Source of the DNA: a virus
DNA length: 64,000 nt
Strand: one strand, 5' to 3'
Virus record (IMG/VR): IMGVR_UViG_3300028045_000010
Coordinates: 1 to 64,000 of that record
Below the pieces are notes generated by a model. That model saw only the letters and a list, made by a program, of their open reading frames with translations, was not told the DNA's origin and searched no databases. Below, piece after piece: positions 55,323-64,000 of this stretch. The position numbers and the translations under genes were made by a program. Each line of letters begins with the position of its first letter. The stretch's first letter is position 1.

Positions 55323-56207
55323 TTAACTATTAAGACCTTTAGAAATGTTGTTAAAATCTTGGTTTACATTGATGTTATTTCTAATTTGTCTAATATCTAC
55401 ACTTCCTTGATTAAAATCTTTCTTTCTAGTATATAAATTATACTGTCTATATATGTTTCCGTTTTCATCGAAATAAGTCAATATACCAGTAGAATTATCT
55501 CTTGTTGTATTTCCATATAGAGCGTATGACAAAGTTTTTACATCATGCTCTACCATTTCAACTTCTATATGAACTGGGTCGAAGTACGTATTAGTTAAAA
55601 ATATTTCTTGTCCTGCAGAACCTATATTTCCTCCGCCTTTACCAGAAACTAAACTTCCTTCATCAGGACTTACTGTCAAAAAGAGAGCGTTACCTGAAGA
55701 GTCTAAAATATAGCTAATTGCCCCTCTATTTATAGTGTTGTTATTTGTTGCTGGGGACACTAGGTCACTACTTGTTATTATTTTATTAGAATTTTTTATT
55801 TTTATACCTGTATTTTTATCAATATATTCAACCGACCAACCTACTAAGCTATTTGTTTTTTTAAATTGAGATGATGGTATTACTATTCCTTTTTTTGAAA
55901 TTTGAACTCCAATTTCATCTTCTGTAACTACTACTGAACAATCTGAAATTGTCAGCCTGAAAGTTTTAGGTTTTATTAGTACTGAATAAAATCCAAGTTC
56001 TGTAAAGACATTTGCTGGCAATCTTAATTTATACATGCCGTCTGCTCCTAGCATTTTTAACAAATCACTTTCGCTAATAGTGTCATATAGAGGTTTAAAA
56101 GCAATTTCTCCTGTAGATTCTCTATCTGGTGAGAACGCATACAAAACATCTACTTCATCAGCAGTAACATCTGCCAGTTTTTTTGTACCATATATACCTA
56201 CACTCAT
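55323..56207 (-). CDS. Conserved-looking virion structural protein
   Basis: MSVGIYGT...YKLRLP...NTYFDP...YRQYNLY; TATTTAT at 56225-56231. Confidence 0.7.
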   Translation of the reverse strand: MSVGIYGTKKLADVTADEVDVLYAFSPDRESTGEIAFKPLYDTISESDLLKMLGADGMYKLRLPANVFTELGFYSVLIKPKTFRLTISDCSVVVTEDEIGVQISKKGIVIPSSQFKKTNSLVGWSVEYIDKNTGIKIKNSNKIITSSDLVSPATNNNTINRGAISYILDSSGNALFLTVSPDEGSLVSGKGGGNIGSAGQEIFLTNTYFDPVHIEVEMVEHDVKTLSYALYGNTTRDNSTGILTYFDENGNIYRQYNLYTRKKDFNQGSVDIRQIRNNINVNQDFNNISKGLNS

Positions 56208-56300
56208 AGTAATGTTTTATTTATATAAATATAGTGAATTAAAAATATTTTGAAAGTATTAAATTGTTTATTTTTTATTTCTTAAAGATTTTATAATATT

Positions 56301-57410
<1,110 letters not shown>

Positions 57411-57449
57411 ATAAATGTGTTCATATATAAATATTATTATTTAAATATT

Positions 57450-60443
57450 TTAAGTAATTCCACTAAAAGAAGGGTTTCCACCAAAATCACCAGCTGGGTT
57501 TGGGTATGATTCTATTGGTATTAAAGAATTATTTAAAAAGCTTCCATTACATGTTACATAGTTTATTTCATATGGAGTAAATGCTCTTGTTACTTTTGTA
57601 TAAGAGTTGCTTCCACCACCTCCGAAATTACTAAATCCACCAGTTGTAGTTTCAAATATTTCATTTAAAAATATAGTACCATTCATTTCTACTACTTTTG
57701 GACCATTTCCTGTAATATTATCTTTAAAAGTATCAGGAAAAACAAATTTTGCTTGTATATTTCTATTTTTAACTAATTGAACTTCGTTAAATGTTAATTC
57801 AGACTCTAAAAACTCTAAGTTTTTGGAAGACACTCCTGCAATTGTTAGTTGTTTATTTTCATCTATTAATATGCCAAGTTTGCTTGAATAATATCTTATT
57901 TTTTTACCTGCAGTAAAACCATCAACAATGAAGTCTCCGCCATCAACTCTTTCAAGTTCTTTTTTATTTTTTACATCTGATTTTATAACAAATGATTCAT
58001 TAGAAAGTATTCTGCTTTTTACATTTTCAATTCGGCTAGTTAGAAAGTATTTAGAGTTTTCTGGGTTTGCCGTTGCCTTTATCGCTTCACTCTGCATTGG
58101 TATTATTACTTTAGGAAATATTCTAGACTTTATTTCTTCGATAGAGTTTCCATTATTCCCATAATTAAAAGAGTTTTGTGGGCTAGATATGTTGCTTGCT
58201 TTTATTCTAAATTCATATCTTGACTTTAAAAATTGATTTAATTGTTTTTTTAGACCATAATTAGATGGTAAATCTATTATTACTTCCCTAAACCCTGATG
58301 GTTTTGATACTGTGAATTTAGCGACAACTTCATCTGTCTTTACAGTCTTGTAACCTTTTTCAAATGAAATAAATAATTTTGATGGAGTATCTTCTTCTCC
58401 CACACCTTCAACAAATATTTGTTCGCCTTTATTTATTATTTCTATTGTATATTCAAAATCATCAGTAAAACTCTTGAAATCGCCATTTCCATTACCAACT
58501 TTCAGTCTTAACTCTTTTTTTTCTGTTACCAACGAATCGTTCATTCTAAACATTCCGTACCCTTTATTAAAATTGCCAGGCATTATATATCTAGTAAAAT
58601 TAGGTATCATACTATCTTTAATTGTTATAATATGTTCATTAACTTCATCATTAGATATGATAACATTTTGAGATGGATTTTTTAATTTAAGATTTATATT
58701 TAAGTCGTTGGCATATTGAAAATCGTTTAATATTTCAACGTCAAACTTAGCACTTGAAACTCCTTCTGTAAGTAATATTGTCTTTTCAAATGCTCCAACA
58801 ATCTCTGTTTCAAAATTATAAACAAATTTTGCTTGTATATTTCTATTGTTTCTATCGCGGTTATTGTCAAAACTTAATGGCGAACCCAAAAGAAGTAGTT
58901 TGGTGTTAGTGACTTGTAAAATTAGTATTGTTTTATTTACATCTATGTCTTTACCCCTTCTTCTTGAAGAGTAATTTAAGTTTTTGCCTGAAATAAAACC
59001 ATCAGCTATAAAACTTCCTCCATCAGTTCTTTTAATTACACCACCCTTACTATTTCCTCCTGGTAGATTTATGCCTTGTGTCTTAATTTCTAAATCTTCG
59101 ACAACATATTCTATTTTATCACTACTTGTTGTTATTGTAGTGGTGTCAGTTCCTAAAAAGTTTTTGCCTAATATAGCTGTAGAATTTATTAAATCTGCAT
59201 ATACTACTACTGTTTGGTTTGGTACATTCATCGGCCTATCAAGAAACAACTCTACAGATACAGTAGTTGCACTTTCAATTATTTCTTTTGATGGCACTGC
59301 AAAACTTATAGGTATAGGCTTATCTTTATCTTCTATTGTCAAAAAGAATTCATTATTTTTTTCGTTTTCTTCTAAAAATTTAAAATTATTAAATCCGAAA
59401 GAAACTTTTTCTGTATTTTCTACATATAAATCATCTAACAATTCTACTTCTACTTTTTTATACTGTTCACCTATTTCCCATTTTAACGTTTTTGTTTTTA
59501 ATAAAAAATCTTGATTGGGATTTCTTGTCGTTTCATCATTTTTAACATAAACACCTACCTCTTCTATTCCATATATACTGGGGTAATCTAATTTTGCAAA
59601 AAATTCAAATTTACCAAAACTCTCATCTACTGTGGCATTGTTTATGTTTGTTGAGCCAAAAGAAGAGTTTATTGATGAGTTTAATGAATCAATAACTTGT
59701 TTAGAAGTATTTTCAATTTCAGAATTTTCTATTAATGACTTTGTGTTATTTATAAATTCATTATCTAAAGAGTTTAAAAAAGAAACTTTTGGAGCTCTAT
59801 ATAAATTTAAATCAGACTTAATCCAATGTGTATCATAAAGAAATTTAAAATCATTCTCTACTATTGTCTCATTTCCTTTTAGGTCTATTTCTAAAGTTTC
59901 AGTTCCAAAAGGTATTTTAGTTCCTTGTGAATTATAATATATAAATGGCACTTTTATTTTAGCATAAAGTTTTTTTTCGCTACTTTTTATTGTTAAAATT
60001 AACTCTTTATTTTCACCTATTCTTCTATTTCTAATGGGACTAATTTCAAATATAAAATAATATGAACTCTTTTTTTTCCAAAATATATTTTTACTTAAAC
60101 TCCCACCGCTAGAAAGAGGTATTGTATTTATTTTATGATAAGGTTTTGGTGTTATATTTGTACTAAACTTAGGAGAATATAGTGAATCTTCATGATTTGT
60201 TGATATTTCTATTTGTAAATTTTCAGTATCAGAAAAATTAGACTCGCAAGTTCCATATACACAAAACTTTAAAGACTTTTCTCTTTCTTTTGTAAATTGT
60301 TCCTTTAAATTAAAATTATTATTTATTATTTCATTAACTAATTCATCAGAATCTCTAGAAAGTTCTAAGTTTACAAAAACATCCTCATTTTTATATGGGA
60401 ATAAATCTTTTTTTCCTAATACTATTTTTAACTTTTCTTTCAT
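57450..60443 (-). CDS. Large structural protein with Calx-beta-like domains
   Basis: LKWEIGEQYKKVEVELLDDLYVENTEKVSF and ISF...E...VSVELFLD...A.LG..F repeats. Confidence 0.7.
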   Translation of the reverse strand: MKEKLKIVLGKKDLFPYKNEDVFVNLELSRDSDELVNEIINNNFNLKEQFTKEREKSLKFCVYGTCESNFSDTENLQIEISTNHEDSLYSPKFSTNITPKPYHKINTIPLSSGGSLSKNIFWKKKSSYYFIFEISPIRNRRIGENKELILTIKSSEKKLYAKIKVPFIYYNSQGTKIPFGTETLEIDLKGNETIVENDFKFLYDTHWIKSDLNLYRAPKVSFLNSLDNEFINNTKSLIENSEIENTSKQVIDSLNSSINSSFGSTNINNATVDESFGKFEFFAKLDYPSIYGIEEVGVYVKNDETTRNPNQDFLLKTKTLKWEIGEQYKKVEVELLDDLYVENTEKVSFGFNNFKFLEENEKNNEFFLTIEDKDKPIPISFAVPSKEIIESATTVSVELFLDRPMNVPNQTVVVYADLINSTAILGKNFLGTDTTTITTSSDKIEYVVEDLEIKTQGINLPGGNSKGGVIKRTDGGSFIADGFISGKNLNYSSRRRGKDIDVNKTILILQVTNTKLLLLGSPLSFDNNRDRNNRNIQAKFVYNFETEIVGAFEKTILLTEGVSSAKFDVEILNDFQYANDLNINLKLKNPSQNVIISNDEVNEHIITIKDSMIPNFTRYIMPGNFNKGYGMFRMNDSLVTEKKELRLKVGNGNGDFKSFTDDFEYTIEIINKGEQIFVEGVGEEDTPSKLFISFEKGYKTVKTDEVVAKFTVSKPSGFREVIIDLPSNYGLKKQLNQFLKSRYEFRIKASNISSPQNSFNYGNNGNSIEEIKSRIFPKVIIPMQSEAIKATANPENSKYFLTSRIENVKSRILSNESFVIKSDVKNKKELERVDGGDFIVDGFTAGKKIRYYSSKLGILIDENKQLTIAGVSSKNLEFLESELTFNEVQLVKNRNIQAKFVFPDTFKDNITGNGPKVVEMNGTIFLNEIFETTTGGFSNFGGGGSNSYTKVTRAFTPYEINYVTCNGSFLNNSLIPIESYPNPAGDFGGNPSFSGIT

Positions 60444-60444
60444 T

Positions 60445-63400
60445 TTATTCGGATGGGGCTGTTACTGTTCGAAATACTACATATCCTCCGTTGCTACAGC
60501 TTGCAAAAGTAGAAGCTGCTGAATATTTTGAACTATTAATTTCGAAGGTTGGGGCTGAATTGCTTTGGACAACTAAAACTCCATTAATATAATGTGTCGA
60601 TGTATTGTTGTGGTCATTGTCACATTTTTGAAATTGATTTTTCTTTTTTCCTGAAGTATAAATGTTCACACTACTCTGACTGTTTGCTATTGATGAGCGT
60701 ATATAATATGTTGGCACTTCTGCTTTAGGGAAGCCTCCTAATACAAATGAATAGTAATTTGACTTCTTCAGACCAACCTTTTTCATTTCACCAGTTTCAA
60801 AATAGATTTGATATTTACAATCATTGTAAGTGTTTTCTAATTCATCAAAAAGACTATTTGTTTGAAATTCAATAATTCCTCCTGTTGCTATAGGAAATTC
60901 TACCGATTTGCCCACCTCTACATCTTTGGAAGTTCCATTTACTTTAACTGCTCTCTGTATACTTCCATCATTTCTTATGTAAACTTTCATTGCTGTCGCA
61001 AATTGTGTTGAATTGTTTTTGTCAGTCCTGATTCTTAATTTGGTTTTATCTTTATTTTCTTTATCAACCCCAGCCAACACATCTCCAACATTTAGTTTAA
61101 AATATTTAAAAACCTCAGGAGGCCTTGGTACTATTAAATCATCTACAGTATCATCTATTACTCTATATATATCTAAAGAACCTGCTCTAAGCCAAATTGG
61201 TAAAGTAGAATCTAAGCTTAGCCATATTTGTTCACCCTTTCTAAACATGCCACTGTCTAAATAGGTTTTTGGAATAAATCGTAATTCTCCACTATCTGCA
61301 GGTGGCGTATATTTTGAGTTTATATCTGATTCTAACATAATGTCGCCCCAACTTCGACTGTCAATTCTTCCCCAACCTTCTGGTTTTAGCCAATATGAAA
61401 ATCCTGACTCAACTCTTTGATATCTCTCTCCATCTTTTATGGTGTAGTTTTCCGTAAAGCTATCTTGATGATATTTCGGCCTAAAACCATTAGACCACTC
61501 ATCATCCCATCTTGAACCTTGTTCGTACTTATATATTCTATATCTAGTAATAACTGTTCCAAACCTATTAAAAATACTCTCACCAGACTCAAAACCTTTC
61601 ATTGAAGAATATCCATGCCCTACGTTGTCATCTTCATCAGGATATACAAAAAGGCCTGGCATGTCTCCGTCTACATATCTAGGTTGCAACTTTATATTTT
61701 GGTCTCTATTTTTTGTACTAACTTTAGGAGTTCTTGGTATTTTATATTTATTTGGGTAATTTATTGTCCAAGGCCTTTCATAAGGAAAAACATTTGAAGA
61801 ACTTCCAGGCGGTTCACCAGTCGCATCGGCTATTGAATTGCCAGGACCTCTATTAATGTCAAAGTGACTAGATTTTTGTTGAAAATCTGCTCTTGCTGTG
61901 ATTGCTCTTCTTATAAATCCTGTAGCTCTATATAATGGCGTTTCGACATCGCCTCCATATAACATTTTCATTTCATAACAAGATAACCAAACTCCTTTTT
62001 TGTTGCTTAGACTTTTTCTCTCAGAATTAAGAGAAGCTCGTCCATTTGGGTCATATAAGTTTGCTGGCAATTTAAATGCTTGAAATCCATCCCCTCTATA
62101 TTGTGCTTTATATTTAGATGTTTTAACTTCAGTAGACCACCCAACCCTTTCAGTTTCATCTCTACTATATATATCTAAAACTTCAACAAGCTCATTAGTT
62201 AATGGGTAACCTTCTTTTGTCATGTCTTTTACTAAGACATTTAACGACTGAAAGTCGCCTCCTGCTAATAGTTCTGAAAGATTTTCTTGATTTCTTGAAA
62301 TAGGAGATATGTAATAAGTACTCCATTTTCTCATATCTACATTTGCAACTATATCTACTTGAGTGTATCCAGTTTGAAAAGAGCCCCAAGAAGGACCTAC
62401 TCCTACTGGTATTTGTCTAAAGTAAAAATGAGGAACGCTATCAACATTTGGACTTGTTGAAGTTGGGTATGGAAAAAAATTTAACCTAACTTCATCTTTT
62501 GTCATCCCTTGTTTTAGTAGGTCAACTTCAAACATTAATATTCTATCACCAGTTGGAACATTTTCTATTATAAATTCTCCATTTTGGTCTGTTATGGTAG
62601 AGTATAAATATTGTTCTGGCACATTTAATGAGTTAACACCTTTTAGTATAGGGTTAACATTTTCAATACCTTCTGAATTAAGGTTTCCTTGATATTTTTT
62701 AGCTGCTTTTGAGCCAACATCAGTAACCCAAGAATGTTCATCTGAATAATCCCATCTATTTGAGTTTTCTAAAATATTAAGAGATATTCTATTTCCATCA
62801 TCATCAGTAGATGATGTTGTTGGAAATTTATCTGACGGATTAAATATTACAACTGGTACGTTTCCTAGTGGTATTTTTATTCGCTCTCCATTTTCGTCTA
62901 TTAACTTTTGTCTTGCATATAAAGTACCCATTACAACACCTGTACTAGATTCTTGATTAGGAAATTCTGATAGTGGATTATTTTTTACACTTAAAGTATC
63001 TAAAGTATCAACACTTCTTATGAGAGATATGTCAACATTATAATCTTGTTTTTTCTCCTTTTTAAAAAACACACCAGTATAAGAACTTGAACCAGACACT
63101 GCATCGCCCTCCCTTTTAAAAAAAGATTTAGCATTTATTTGGTTTTCATCTAATACTGAGTCTTCATAATTTATAGAATATTTTTTTCCTTTTATAACAT
63201 TTTTAGACTCTTCTTCGGTTAAAAATTCATATTCTGTACTTAAAGGCTTTCTCCTAAAGTAAGAGCCATCTATCTTTTCAAGTAATTCAATTATTTCATT
63301 ATCATTTCCAATTAAACCGTAAGACTCTTCTTCTTCTTTAAACAATTGATTCCAAGGCCCTGTTACTGGGAATGAATCTCCGTTAGATGTGAAAATTTGG

Positions 63401-63495
63401 TTAATACGAGATATATTTGCATCTACATTTGTGAAATACACACCTATATTAATATCTTTTTCAACTGTTATTTTTTTAATACTTTCTGACATCAA
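60445..63495 (-). CDS. Large structural protein with carboxypeptidase-regulatory-like domain
   Basis: GVVMG...IPLGNVPV...TITDQNGEFIIENVPTG. Confidence 0.7.
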   Translation of the reverse strand: MMSESIKKITVEKDINIGVYFTNVDANISRINQIFTSNGDSFPVTGPWNQLFKEEEESYGLIGNDNEIIELLEKIDGSYFRRKPLSTEYEFLTEEESKNVIKGKKYSINYEDSVLDENQINAKSFFKREGDAVSGSSSYTGVFFKKEKKQDYNVDISLIRSVDTLDTLSVKNNPLSEFPNQESSTGVVMGTLYARQKLIDENGERIKIPLGNVPVVIFNPSDKFPTTSSTDDDGNRISLNILENSNRWDYSDEHSWVTDVGSKAAKKYQGNLNSEGIENVNPILKGVNSLNVPEQYLYSTITDQNGEFIIENVPTGDRILMFEVDLLKQGMTKDEVRLNFFPYPTSTSPNVDSVPHFYFRQIPVGVGPSWGSFQTGYTQVDIVANVDMRKWSTYYISPISRNQENLSELLAGGDFQSLNVLVKDMTKEGYPLTNELVEVLDIYSRDETERVGWSTEVKTSKYKAQYRGDGFQAFKLPANLYDPNGRASLNSERKSLSNKKGVWLSCYEMKMLYGGDVETPLYRATGFIRRAITARADFQQKSSHFDINRGPGNSIADATGEPPGSSSNVFPYERPWTINYPNKYKIPRTPKVSTKNRDQNIKLQPRYVDGDMPGLFVYPDEDDNVGHGYSSMKGFESGESIFNRFGTVITRYRIYKYEQGSRWDDEWSNGFRPKYHQDSFTENYTIKDGERYQRVESGFSYWLKPEGWGRIDSRSWGDIMLESDINSKYTPPADSGELRFIPKTYLDSGMFRKGEQIWLSLDSTLPIWLRAGSLDIYRVIDDTVDDLIVPRPPEVFKYFKLNVGDVLAGVDKENKDKTKLRIRTDKNNSTQFATAMKVYIRNDGSIQRAVKVNGTSKDVEVGKSVEFPIATGGIIEFQTNSLFDELENTYNDCKYQIYFETGEMKKVGLKKSNYYSFVLGGFPKAEVPTYYIRSSIANSQSSVNIYTSGKKKNQFQKCDNDHNNTSTHYINGVLVVQSNSAPTFEINSSKYSAASTFASCSNGGYVVFRTVTAPSE

Positions 63496-63548
63496 ACTTG
63501 TTTAATTCTATACTTAATAGATAGTTAAATTTAAAAAAAAGTCAACTT

Positions 63549-64000
63549 TTAATCTATTTCAATAGAGAAATATAAGTCTTCTTTTAGTATTTTTTTTGTG
63601 CCCAACTCATTAACTCTAAGTTCTATTTTATAATTTTGATTAGATAATAGCCATGAAGTATCTATATCTATAAATGATTTAGAGCAATTATCTATTACAA
63701 TAGTATTAAATTTTGACCAAGGTATAATTTCTGTTATTTGATTTTCAACAAGTCTATATTCTAGTCCATAATATTCATTTGGAGATTTTGTACTATAATT
63801 AATTCTAGTGTCAGCATAAACTCTTATAATTTCACCTTTTTTAATTATAGAATTATTAGATATACCATATAAATCAACAACATAATCGTTAGTTTCTTTT
63901 GGATAATTATTATAATAACTTCCTAGGATTTGAAATGTTTGTTCAAAATTTTGCTTATCTACTCCTGGGTTGAATGTTACATCATTCCAAACATCTTTAT
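63549..64000 (-). CDS. C-terminal part of a structural protein (start lies beyond the window)
   Basis: Open reading frame ending ...DTSWLLSNQNYKIELRVNELG...FSIEID stop. Confidence 0.65.
   Translation of the reverse strand, partial: KDVWNDVTFNPGVDKQNFEQTFQILGSYYNNYPKETNDYVVDLYGISNNSIIKKGEIIRVYADTRINYSTKSPNEYYGLEYRLVENQITEIIPWSKFNTIVIDNCSKSFIDIDTSWLLSNQNYKIELRVNELGTKKILKEDLYFSIEID

Overview
Very AT-rich, gene-dense segment of a large tailed phage (jumbo/megaphage, probably myovirus-like, standard genetic code). The host is probably Bacteroidota: there are TAnnTTTG -7 promoters, no Shine-Dalgarno sites and a Bacteroidota-type outer-membrane barrel gene. The left half (1-34.5 kb) mixes late putative head proteins (shared IxxII(K/R)E and R(M/L)KxLAG motifs, upstream TATTTAT) with early accessory genes and a translation module. 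That module comprises a mitochondrial-type monomeric PheRS, YqeY, a minimal RNase P RNA, 11 tRNA/tRNA-like genes and a circularly permuted tRNA-Tyr/YrlA-like RNA. The middle carries an SNF2 helicase, an endolysin, a fused SbcD-SbcC, a primase and a RuvC-like resolvase. The right half is a baseplate/tail region with three paralogous tail spikes ending in autocleaving chaperone domains. Four observations stand out. (1) An early operon of four small genes, three of which carry recognisable fragments of major capsid protein or tail sheath set beside a repeated YKRxLLIE motif. (2) A leader-peptide attenuator upstream of the tRNA array whose codons match the tRNAs encoded downstream. (3) A ~245-nt RNase P RNA lacking most of the specificity domain. 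(4) The permuted tRNA. All calls are by eye from motifs; no database searches or folding programs were run.
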